Positions 25,815 to 34,010 of a DNA stretch of 64,000 nt are shown piece by piece. A model generated the notes under the pieces. It saw nothing but the letters and a program-made list of their open reading frames with translations, did not search any database and was not told where the DNA came from. The position numbers and the translations under genes were made by a program. This stretch comes from a virus. Within the stretch, counting starts at the first letter, position 1, and every line of letters begins with the position of its first letter. The stretch covers positions 23,756 to 87,755 of the IMG/VR virus record IMGVR_UViG_3300045971_000431; one strand, 5' to 3'.

Positions 25815-25964
25815 TCACTTCTCCCCAGTGAAGATCTGGTCGCGCGGGTCGGCGACATCCTTGATCACGCCCGCGAAGACTTGATCGACTACTTGCTCTA
25901 CGGCCTTCTCAGCAATCTTCTTTCCGAAGAGGCTGAGGAGCCAATTGATGAACGCTTGCCACAT
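25815..25964 (-). CDS. 49-aa peptide resembling a detached protease pro-region (absent from ORF track)
   Basis: MWQAFINWLLSLFGKK...IKDVADPRDQIF; SD GGGAG; late promoter at 26009..26015. Confidence 0.65.
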   Translation of the reverse strand: MWQAFINWLLSLFGKKIAEKAVEQVVDQVFAGVIKDVADPRDQIFTGEK

Positions 25965-26031
25965 GAAATGGTCTCCCTGAAATGGATGAAGGACCCCGAG
26001 GGTCCTTCTATTTATGCTGATGGAACCTGAG

Positions 26032-26265
26032 TTACTGTGGGCGACGGCGACGATGGAGCATCGTCAACGCAGCCACACCAGCCACAAACAGCGACAGCGT
26101 GCCTGGTTCCGGCACTGGTGGGGGCGGCGGTTCAGCCACGGCCAGGATCGTGATCGCCGAGCAGAGTGCCATGCCTTCGAATGACGTCGAGTCACACGGA
26201 GGGGCGATCGATGCTTGAGCAGCCGAAGCCGCCAGAAGCATCAGAACGAGCAGCGACTTCTTCAT
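26032..26265 (-). CDS. Minimal PEP-CTERM protein
   Basis: Signal peptide, then VPEPGTLSLF-TM-HRRRR. Confidence 0.85.
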   Translation of the reverse strand: MKKSLLVLMLLAASAAQASIAPPCDSTSFEGMALCSAITILAVAEPPPPPVPEPGTLSLFVAGVAALTMLHRRRRPQ

Positions 26266-26268
26266 CGC

Positions 26269-27054
26269 TCAGGCCTTGCGTGCGCGACGAGCTGCACCAG
26301 TGAGACCAACCAGACCGATGAGCGCGAGCGCCAGTGAAGAAGGCTCCGGAACCGTGGTCACATCGCAGCTGTTCGTCAGTTCGCAACCGCTACCTGGCAG
26401 GATGCTGACGCTCATGAACGACTGATGCAGCGGCTTGCTTGCATACGTGTCGTTGAATGCTGTGAGGGTAGCCCAGTTCGCGCCGATTGCGGCACCGCCG
26501 GCCAGAAGACTGTTCGCTTCTGTCTTGGCGCTGTTGAACGCTGCAACTTGGCCAGAATCCCACGAGTACAGCGCGCCCGCGGTAAAGTTTCCGCCAGACA
26601 GGTTGCCTGGAGCAGTGTCATACAGCGTTTCCCAGACGGCGAGTTGGAGTGCAACTGAGTCGGTCGTGGTGCCTTGTACGTCACCATTCTGGTTCAGCAG
26701 GCCTTGGGTGAAGGCATACGTGAACATCTTGCCGAGGGCCGTGCCGGCAGCAACTGCAGGAAAGCTGTCCTGGATGTACGTGATGCCTGTACCGAACGGA
26801 GCTGCACTGGTGTACAGGTCGGTGCAGAACACAGTGTACGGAATGTCATCGAAACCAGCGGTGCCACCGACCGGCAAGAACGTTGCTGACAGAGCGCCAA
26901 CACCAGCAGAGACGTTCGGTTCACCGGTTTGAACCAGCTTGCCTGCGAGAGCACCAGTGCTGAACCCGTTCAGGGTCAGGGTACCAGTGACTGGGCCAGC
27001 AGACGCGGTGAATGCGGCGACTGCCAGTGCGATTGCGGAGAGAATACGCTTCAT
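26269..27054 (-). CDS. PEP-CTERM (exosortase substrate) protein
   Basis: Signal peptide MKRILSAIALAVAAFTASA; FCTDL, ALQLAVWE..YD; VPEPSSLAL-TM-RRARK. Confidence 0.92.
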   Translation of the reverse strand: MKRILSAIALAVAAFTASAGPVTGTLTLNGFSTGALAGKLVQTGEPNVSAGVGALSATFLPVGGTAGFDDIPYTVFCTDLYTSAAPFGTGITYIQDSFPAVAAGTALGKMFTYAFTQGLLNQNGDVQGTTTDSVALQLAVWETLYDTAPGNLSGGNFTAGALYSWDSGQVAAFNSAKTEANSLLAGGAAIGANWATLTAFNDTYASKPLHQSFMSVSILPGSGCELTNSCDVTTVPEPSSLALALIGLVGLTGAARRARKA

Positions 27055-27213
27055 GGTGAAGACCTTTTCTGTGGTAGATGAGGGGTGCGAAATGCACGGA
27101 TCAAGAACCCGCAGTGCAACGGCGGTCAGCGTCGATCGCCTCACGGCGATATCGTCCATCTCATTGCGAGATGTCCGCGGCAATTCTATTGTCCTGTGGA
27201 CAGGATCTGCTGC

Positions 27214-27221
27214 TATTTATA
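27214..27221 (-). promoter_or_regulatory. Late promoter TATAAATA upstream of the PEP-CTERM genes
   Basis: Perfect octamer, intergenic. Confidence 0.7.
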
Positions 27222-27248
27222 CATTCTAAGCCCACAGGCACCCACGTG

Positions 27249-27461
27249 TTAACCTTGTGCAGGTTGAACCGGTTCCACATAGACCGAGAATCTCATGCCC
27301 TGGGCGAGGTACTTGATGCGCACCTCCATCACCCTGAACTTCACCAGACCATCCACGATCAGGTCGTCTTTACGAGGAACGAACGGCACCGCGTCGGTCT
27401 GACTGGTCTGGAGAACGTCGTCGCCCATCAGGACGCAGACTTCGTAGATGCCGTTTGCCAT
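27249..27461 (-). CDS. Hypothetical protein
   Basis: Start at MANGI directly after upstream stop. Confidence 0.6.
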   Translation of the reverse strand: MANGIYEVCVLMGDDVLQTSQTDAVPFVPRKDDLIVDGLVKFRVMEVRIKYLAQGMRFSVYVEPVQPAQG

Positions 27462-27463
27462 GA

Positions 27464-27925
27464 TCAGAAGTGCGGGTTCTGTTCGGACACAATGCCATCC
27501 ACCATCCACCAGGTGCCGCCGACCATGCGCCATCCGCCGGATTCCTTGTAGCGGTTGAAGGTCTTGCCGCCGTCGGTCGTAACGCGCCAGCCCTTGGTGA
27601 TGCGGATGATCTTGCCGCAGGGGTAGTAGTCGCCGTTGAAGCCGTAGGAGACTTCATCGCCGAGACGGGGAGCCGCAACGACGGTGTAGCGCGGGTAGTG
27701 GCCGGGACCAGCATCGCAACCGAGGTAGGCTGCACCCTTCATCGCGGTCAGGTACTTGGCCATCGAATCGGCATCGGCCTTGTTCTCGAAATCGCGAGCG
27801 CTGATCCAGCCGTTGGCATCCACCAACAGGGTAGTGCGCAGCTTGGCCCAGATGTTGGGGCCGCAGCCGGGATGGGTCTCGGAGGTTTCGACTGGGAGTC
27901 CGTTTTCGAGTCGGATGTAAAGCAT
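27464..27925 (-). CDS. Hypothetical early protein
   Basis: GDEVSYGFNGDYYPCG; SD GGAG. Confidence 0.7.
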   Translation of the reverse strand: MLYIRLENGLPVETSETHPGCGPNIWAKLRTTLLVDANGWISARDFENKADADSMAKYLTAMKGAAYLGCDAGPGHYPRYTVVAAPRLGDEVSYGFNGDYYPCGKIIRITKGWRVTTDGGKTFNRYKESGGWRMVGGTWWMVDGIVSEQNPHF

Positions 27926-27952
27926 CTGAAGCTCCATTGGGTGTATGTTGCA

Positions 27953-27981
27953 ATTATACACTGCAACCTGCGCCCGTGCAA
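27953..27981 (-). promoter_or_regulatory. Sigma70-type promoter
   Basis: TTGCAC-N17-TATAAT. Confidence 0.7.
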
Positions 27982-27985
27982 ACTG

Positions 27986-28399
27986 TTACATCTTGTTGCA
28001 GGCTTGGTGGTAGAGTAAGACTTCCATGGACATTGCTTGAATCTCCCATGGATGTTCAAGCCACGGGGTCTTCTCAAAGTCGACGATCTTGCCCATCCAG
28101 GATCGTAGGCCACCCTCGAGGATCTTCATGGCTCCTCGAATGAACTGCTTCACGTGGATCATCTCATGGGCGAGGGTGCGACCGATGTTGTCAAGAGACA
28201 TGGAAGACTGCAACACGATCCAGTAGAGGTTGCCAAACTGCATCGTGATGCCATCGGCGCCGTACTCAGATCGAACGTCCTTTCGGAGGGTGATGAGGAG
28301 CAACGCTTTCGAACCAACGATCCTCAGCTCACGCGCTACCGCGTTTGCAAAGCGCTCGATGGACTTCTTGTTTCGTTTGGCCTGTACCTCGATTAGCAT
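27986..28399 (-). CDS. HEXXH zinc metallopeptidase-like protein
   Basis: TLAHEMIHVKQ...PWEIQA. Confidence 0.8.
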   Translation of the reverse strand: MLIEVQAKRNKKSIERFANAVARELRIVGSKALLLITLRKDVRSEYGADGITMQFGNLYWIVLQSSMSLDNIGRTLAHEMIHVKQFIRGAMKILEGGLRSWMGKIVDFEKTPWLEHPWEIQAMSMEVLLYHQACNKM

Positions 28400-28647
28400 C
28401 AGACACGCCGCTTCTTCCAGTCGTAGGCAACGCCGTCAGGGCACTTGCCATCGACGATGGAGTCGACGCCGGGCTTGCCTACGCTGTCAGGGTTGTCGAC
28501 AGACATGCAGACATGGGTGGCACTGATCGTGCGCAGGTGCTGCATGCGGTCAAGAGCCTTGGACATCTCGTCCATGCCGAAGTACTCGGCTTGTGGCCAG
28601 CGGTCGCCAGCAGGGTCCGGCTTGTGATAGTAGATAACGATTGACAT
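28399..28647 (-). CDS. Hypothetical protein
   Basis: 82 aa; TATAAT-N7-ATG. Confidence 0.7.
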   Translation of the reverse strand: MSIVIYYHKPDPAGDRWPQAEYFGMDEMSKALDRMQHLRTISATHVCMSVDNPDSVGKPGVDSIVDGKCPDGVAYDWKKRRV

Positions 28648-28699
28648 AGGACCAATTATACACTGATCCTACTACAATTGTTGCTCTTTACAACCTGTT

Positions 28700-28733
28700 A
28701 CTTGTTGAACCTAGGGGTCTAGGTTCAACAAGT
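28700..28733. terminator. 15-bp-arm hairpin after tail fibre gene
   Basis: acttgttgaacctag-gggt-ctaggttcaacaagt. Confidence 0.65.
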
Positions 28734-28751
28734 CGACTGGACGGGCGGTTC

Positions 28752-31208
28752 TTAGAGAGCTGCGATCACGAATGCGAGCAGTTCCTCGTATCGAATACCG
28801 AGGCGAGTAACCAGTGTAGCTCCTGCAGTTTCTGCTGGTACAGTCTCGCCATTCAGCGTGTACCAAGTGTCCTCGCAGAACAAGCCGTAATCGTTGGCAT
28901 TCAATCCAGCAGCAGTAAATGCAGCCTGGACGTCTTGAGCAATCACACCCACGTGAATGCGAGCTGCAGCACCCTTGGCAGCAACAGCATCCTTGAACTT
29001 GAAACGGCGGATAAGACCCTTGATTGCCGTTGCAACCTGAAGCTCCGCGGCTGACAAGGTAAGAACCTGCTCTTTCAGGTTTGCATCAGACGTATTGATT
29101 ACGCTTGAGGAAGCATAGATAGAGCCCCAACGATATGACATGCTTCCAAGGCTTGCCATACCATCCATCACTGGCGTCAATGAGGATTCAATTTTGGTAT
29201 TGCCCCATATCGTAGTGCTCGTGGAGTCAATTGAAATCTTCTTTGCATTACTAGCTCTGATGTAAACGCCACCTGAGTATGACGACGACAGCACAAGACT
29301 ACCAGACATACCGCAGTCCATTACGGATCCGCTAGAATACCCAACGTATGCATCGCTCATACCTGAGAGTGTCATTGATAGATAACCAATGCGCAATGCA
29401 GCATTTGTGCCACTCGACATTCCCATCGCGCTCATCGTACCAATTGCGATGCCCGAAGAACCCGTTCCGCTGTATGAGCCGTCAAGATACAGTTGAGCAT
29501 TATCCATGGACATTGATGATCCAAGTTTAATGCTGCCGCTTCCGGTGTTGCCACTGCTTGAAAAGATTGTGGCTCCCATATAAGAGAAGGTCTGGTTACT
29601 TGTCCAAGTGTTCGAAGCAGTCAGACTGGCGCCACCACTAGACGCATTTTGCCAAGACGGAGAACTTGAAAGTCCACCTGAAGTCAGTACTTGGCCAGAA
29701 TTACCTGCACTGCCATTTATTACAAAAAGTGCGTTGGATGAGAAAGTCAAAGAATTGCTATTGATTGTGAGGCCACCGAAGCAACTCGTTGCTCCACTTA
29801 CCGAGAGCGAAGTCAAGGTGCCAACAGAATTCAGTGACGAGGCGGTGACATTGGAAGCCAATGTCGTGCCGGTCAAAGTGCCGGCGGCCGCGGTAGGCGT
29901 TAACCATGTAGGAGAAGCTGATGTACCTCTCGAGGTAAGCACTTCGCCGGCAACACCAGCCGTGGTTCCTGTGTTAGCGGCGTTTTTCAAAAATAGTTGA
30001 CTAATTGCCAAGCTCAAATTAGTGCAAGCTAGCTCGATAGTGGCTGCGGTGTTGCTACTAGGTGTACGGAATGCGGTAAACCATGTACTTGAAGTGTTCA
30101 ATGCGTCATTGGCGAACTTAAAGCTTACTTGACCAGTAGTCGTCTGGTCAATAACCATAAGCTTGGTATTAGCAGCAGCACCGGAATTTGACAGCCATAG
30201 CGACGGAAGGCCACTAGGGGTACCGGCATAAACACCAGTTGTGCCAATCGTTGCGCTCGGGACCAGTGATGCTGTGGCGGTCAATGTTGTAACTGCAGTC
30301 GTTGGTGTCGTCCACGTAGGAGTAGCACCAGCGCCAGCAGAAGTAAGCACTTGACCAGATGTACCGGCAGAGGCACCAACTTGCAGTGGTGATGAAGCAC
30401 CAGCCAAGTTGAGAGCACCAGTCTGTGTGTGGGTGCCGCTAACGGCAAGTGAGCCGAGCGTGCCTACTGAAGTCAGTGATGAGCCAGTGACACTGGCAGC
30501 AAGTGTAGTACCTGTCAGCGTTGAAGCATTGACAGAGTTGCCACCCAACTGGGCGAACGTCATCGCTTGGGTGCCGACTGCAGAAATAGTGGCAGTTTGT
30601 GTCCAAGTGGTGTCGCTATTGACCGTGCCGTCAGTGGTATACACTGCAGCGCCGTTGACTTCACCAACGTCAGGTGATCCGTCCATATCAGCAGCACGCG
30701 TCCATGCGCCCGCTGCAACAACGTAGACACCATTCTGTGTAGCTGTCGTTTGGTTCTTCGCCAACACTCGGTCACCAGCAACAAGAGCTACGCCGTCAAC
30801 TGTCTGTGTGCCTGACAGCGTGATATTGGCGGTGGTAGTTGCACGTACTGCATTCTTCCAAGAGAGACCTTGCACCAAACTGTCAACATACGACTTCGTA
30901 GTCAGGTGAACAGAAGACGTTGGGTCTGCTGCAACCACATTACCGGTCACGGTAAGTGAGCCGAGGGTGCCAACGGATGTCAACGATGACGAAACGACAT
31001 TCGTGGCGAGAGTTGTGCCGAGCAATGTAGCTGCATCTGCTGCTCCAGCTGAAACCCAGGCAGTGCCGCTGTAGACATACAGCGTACTATCAGTTGCTCT
31101 GAAAAACAACTCGCCGGCGTTAGCGATCAGTGGAAAAGACGTACCGGTTTCAACCGATGCGTTAGAAATTGAAGAACCTTCGACGAGACTGATGCCGTCA
31201 TAAAGCAT
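28752..31208 (-). CDS. Tail fibre with C-terminal intramolecular chaperone (peptidase S74-type)
   Basis: TSDANLKE...HVGVIAQDV...GIRYEEL; repeats SS.L.SVGTL.SL x3 and G(Q/E)VLTS x3; GDRVLAKNQ...NGVY. Confidence 0.9.
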   Translation of the reverse strand: MLYDGISLVEGSSISNASVETGTSFPLIANAGELFFRATDSTLYVYSGTAWVSAGAADAATLLGTTLATNVVSSSLTSVGTLGSLTVTGNVVAADPTSSVHLTTKSYVDSLVQGLSWKNAVRATTTANITLSGTQTVDGVALVAGDRVLAKNQTTATQNGVYVVAAGAWTRAADMDGSPDVGEVNGAAVYTTDGTVNSDTTWTQTATISAVGTQAMTFAQLGGNSVNASTLTGTTLAASVTGSSLTSVGTLGSLAVSGTHTQTGALNLAGASSPLQVGASAGTSGQVLTSAGAGATPTWTTPTTAVTTLTATASLVPSATIGTTGVYAGTPSGLPSLWLSNSGAAANTKLMVIDQTTTGQVSFKFANDALNTSSTWFTAFRTPSSNTAATIELACTNLSLAISQLFLKNAANTGTTAGVAGEVLTSRGTSASPTWLTPTAAAGTLTGTTLASNVTASSLNSVGTLTSLSVSGATSCFGGLTINSNSLTFSSNALFVINGSAGNSGQVLTSGGLSSSPSWQNASSGGASLTASNTWTSNQTFSYMGATIFSSSGNTGSGSIKLGSSMSMDNAQLYLDGSYSGTGSSGIAIGTMSAMGMSSGTNAALRIGYLSMTLSGMSDAYVGYSSGSVMDCGMSGSLVLSSSYSGGVYIRASNAKKISIDSTSTTIWGNTKIESSLTPVMDGMASLGSMSYRWGSIYASSSVINTSDANLKEQVLTLSAAELQVATAIKGLIRRFKFKDAVAAKGAAARIHVGVIAQDVQAAFTAAGLNANDYGLFCEDTWYTLNGETVPAETAGATLVTRLGIRYEELLAFVIAAL

Positions 31209-31212
31209 GGTG

Positions 31213-31243
31213 ATACCTCCAGTGATTAACGGAGGTATTTATA
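31213..31243 (-). promoter_or_regulatory. Late promoter overlapping an RBS-occluding hairpin
   Basis: TATAAATACCTCC-N10-GGAGGTAT-CACC-ATG. Confidence 0.75.
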
Positions 31244-31254
31244 GAAAGTCACCT

Positions 31255-32784
31255 CTAGGCCAGGAACGGAACTGGATCATCCCCGAACTGATCAGCCTCG
31301 TCTGCAGGGTTGACATACTCGTTGACCTGCTTGAAGGCTTCGTCATTCCACTCGGACAGTCGCTTCAAGAGGCGGATGATGCCGACGGTAGCCATCACAG
31401 CATCGTCGGTGCTACCTGCCTTGGCCTCGTAGGAACCGCCCTTGGCCACGAAGTTCTTCAGTTCATAGAGCAGCAACTCGGAGTTGATGTTCAGGCCGTT
31501 CTTCACCTTCTCGATCAGCTGCTTCAACTGCAAGCAGGCCAGGATCTTGGTGCGGCCAGTGGTGTAGACACCCAGCTTGCCAACAATATCACAGAACAGC
31601 TCAGCATGTTCAGGCTGCTTCTCGTCGTTCTGGTAGAGCGCAGAGACTGCCTCACCGATACCGTTCCGTTCGAATGTCCACAGCACCTCAGCACGTCCGC
31701 GTCCTGCGTAGCCACTCAGCTTCTGGATGATCCACTTCAGCTTCGCGTAGAGGAGTGGGATGTTCACGTCATTGGTACGGTACTCAGCAATCTGATTGAG
31801 CTGTGGGAAGTCGAACACCTCGATGACCGAGAAGTCCTTGCCAGATCCGGTTGCAGGGTCGCATGAAACCATGTACGTCTTCTGACCGCCACCGAGAGAT
31901 TCATCAGGCACCCAGAACTTGAAGCCCATGTCCTCATGGTGCGCAGGTATACCCTTAAGCTGGTGGATCTTCAGCGAGTTGATCAGCATAGCGTCTGACG
32001 ATAGGAACTCGCAGCCAACTTCCTGGCGGCACTTCAACAATCCGAGCTGACCGACCATCAAGTCCCAGTATGCGTCGCTACGTTCTGGGTGTTCACGCCA
32101 ATGCACCTCGAATGGCTTGTAGCCATTCGTGCCACCCATGGCACCGCGCCACAGCTGAGCGAAGAGTTCAGTGTCGCCGTTTGGCGTAGACGAAATGATG
32201 GCTGAACCGCCAGTAGACAACGTTGGTGTTAACGAAGCCCACAGCTCTTCCTGAATCCGCGGCGAGATGAAGGCCAATTCGTCAAGGTAGATCTTGGTGA
32301 TTGCAAGACCCCGGCCCGTCTTCTCAGTCGTGGCTTCAGAGATGATCCGCGTGCCGTTGTCGAATTCAATATTGTGGCGATTGTAGTATTTGACGCCGCA
32401 CTTGATCCATGTTGGTAACTGTTCGTAAGCGAACCGAATACGGGCGGCGATCTCAAGGGCGTGGGACTGGTTCTTCGAGGCGATCAGCAGCGTGCTGTCC
32501 TTGTTGAACATGCCGTACCACAAGAGATACATGGCTGCGGTGAGGGTCTTACCACACTGTCGAGGTTGCAGTGTGCAGACGAAACGGTTCTCCTGCATGC
32601 AGCGAACGAACCGTTCTTGGTAGTCGTACAGATCAAACGGGATGGTGCCCTTGGTCGGGTGCTGCACCATGATGTACTTGCGCATGAAGTGGACCGGGTC
32701 CTTCTGACACCGGGCCAACTCCTGAATCATTTGCGGCGTGTATTCATCCGTCGCAAATGCCCGCTTGATTTGGGTGTTTTTCAC
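31255..32784 (-). CDS. terL: Terminase large subunit (gp17)
   Basis: PRQCGKT, YLDELAF, SSTPNG, nuclease DPATGSGKD, ERNG, DDAVM. Confidence 0.96.
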   Translation of the reverse strand: MKNTQIKRAFATDEYTPQMIQELARCQKDPVHFMRKYIMVQHPTKGTIPFDLYDYQERFVRCMQENRFVCTLQPRQCGKTLTAAMYLLWYGMFNKDSTLLIASKNQSHALEIAARIRFAYEQLPTWIKCGVKYYNRHNIEFDNGTRIISEATTEKTGRGLAITKIYLDELAFISPRIQEELWASLTPTLSTGGSAIISSTPNGDTELFAQLWRGAMGGTNGYKPFEVHWREHPERSDAYWDLMVGQLGLLKCRQEVGCEFLSSDAMLINSLKIHQLKGIPAHHEDMGFKFWVPDESLGGGQKTYMVSCDPATGSGKDFSVIEVFDFPQLNQIAEYRTNDVNIPLLYAKLKWIIQKLSGYAGRGRAEVLWTFERNGIGEAVSALYQNDEKQPEHAELFCDIVGKLGVYTTGRTKILACLQLKQLIEKVKNGLNINSELLLYELKNFVAKGGSYEAKAGSTDDAVMATVGIIRLLKRLSEWNDEAFKQVNEYVNPADEADQFGDDPVPFLA

Positions 32785-33671
32785 CGAGTGAACTCACACA
32801 TGTATTCGCGGTTGAACGCCTCTTGGCCAATCATGCTGCGACGTTCCATTGCCCACATCTCGTCAGCCCATGGTACCATTGACCACGAGATGTTGACAGG
32901 AACGAAGGCCAAACCGCCACGAAGTGAAGCACCCTTTGATGCCATCTCCCAGAGCGCCTTAAATGGGTTCTCTGGCAGCCCCTCACCCTGACATGCAGGA
33001 GTAGAAGCAATCACGAGCTTGGTGTTACCGCCATACAAGCAAGGGCCGAAGTTCATGGCCATCTCTTGGTACGGGCCGTATGGCATATGCGCTGCTTGGT
33101 CGACGTAGAGCAGTGATACCGAAAGACCACGCCCAGCGTGTGCAGAGCAGGCAGAAAAACGGATGCTTGATCCATTGTGGAATTCGATGCATTGACGGTT
33201 GAAGTACCTGATATCGCAACGCAACCAAGATGGCAGTGCATCATGCATCTGCTTAATGCGTTTACGCATTTCCACACCAAAGTCAAACTTCGGCACGATG
33301 ACCAGTGAGGTGCGATTGCTCTGGAACATGGCATCCCACAAAATGTAGGCGAGCATCAGAGTCGTGGTGCCCATCTGGCGTGCATGCTTGCAGACGATCT
33401 TGCGGTGATGCGGGTTGTGGACTGCGTCGAGCATCTGGCGCTGGCCCTCATAGAGCTTCATGTCAACTTGACCATGAACTGGATGCATCACCTTGACGTA
33501 TTTCTCGATGAAGTAGGCAGGATCCTGCATGCAGCGCACCAGCTCGCCCTTCTCTTTTTCGGTGTAGACGTGTTCCAACGGATACACACGGCCTGGGCTG
33601 GACTTGATGGAACCTTGGATGCTGACGTCAGCAACAGCTTGTGTCTTGGCGCGCTTGGATAGGATCAACAT
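32781..33671 (-). CDS. Terminase ATPase-domain-only paralog, predicted inactive
   Basis: Collinear with the TerL N-domain; ARQMGTT, YVDQAA, ASTP; ends REYMCEF. Confidence 0.88.
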   Translation of the reverse strand: MLILSKRAKTQAVADVSIQGSIKSSPGRVYPLEHVYTEKEKGELVRCMQDPAYFIEKYVKVMHPVHGQVDMKLYEGQRQMLDAVHNPHHRKIVCKHARQMGTTTLMLAYILWDAMFQSNRTSLVIVPKFDFGVEMRKRIKQMHDALPSWLRCDIRYFNRQCIEFHNGSSIRFSACSAHAGRGLSVSLLYVDQAAHMPYGPYQEMAMNFGPCLYGGNTKLVIASTPACQGEGLPENPFKALWEMASKGASLRGGLAFVPVNISWSMVPWADEMWAMERRSMIGQEAFNREYMCEFTR

Positions 33672-33699
33672 TGGAGAAGTCTCCTTGAAGTGGATCCTG

Positions 33700-33705
33700 T
33701 ATTTA
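33700..33705 (-). promoter_or_regulatory. Late promoter core TAAATA for the terminase pair
   Basis: Intergenic; SD AAGGAG downstream. Confidence 0.6.
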
Positions 33706-33719
33706 CTTCTCGGCGGGGG

Positions 33720-34010
33720 TCATTTCTTGACGTTGATGACGGTGTATCCACCATCGCGCTTCACGAGCGTGAAGTCGTCGTCGGCCTGTGCCCAACCGAG
33801 ACTGATGCGTTCTTCCATGTCATGCTCGAAATCCCAAGCATACACCGTCCCGCGCTGGCCGATGCGCTGGACGGTGCCGATATAGTAGGTGACCTTGCCA
33901 CCGGGATCGCCAACGGTCAAGTCCAACCGCACAGGAACATCCTTCTTGATCAGCTTGTCAATCAGCGTCAAGAGCATGGAGTATTCCTCGAAGAGTTCAC
34001 GTGTCTTCAT
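33720..34010 (-). CDS. Putative internal head protein, family A
   Basis: N-terminus MKTRELFEE. Confidence 0.65.
   Translation of the reverse strand: MKTRELFEEYSMLLTLIDKLIKKDVPVRLDLTVGDPGGKVTYYIGTVQRIGQRGTVYAWDFEHDMEERISLGWAQADDDFTLVKRDGGYTVINVKK

Noticed and set aside
27100-27180. c-di-GMP-I riboswitch in the PEP-CTERM leader
   Set aside because: Has a GNRA hairpin followed by GACGC, but lacks the GGCAAA and GCAAAG elements; kept only as an unnamed structured leader
31255-33671. Terminase split by an intron, intein or frameshift
   Set aside because: The downstream gene already has a complete ATPase and nuclease; the upstream ORF duplicates the ATPase domain rather than complementing it
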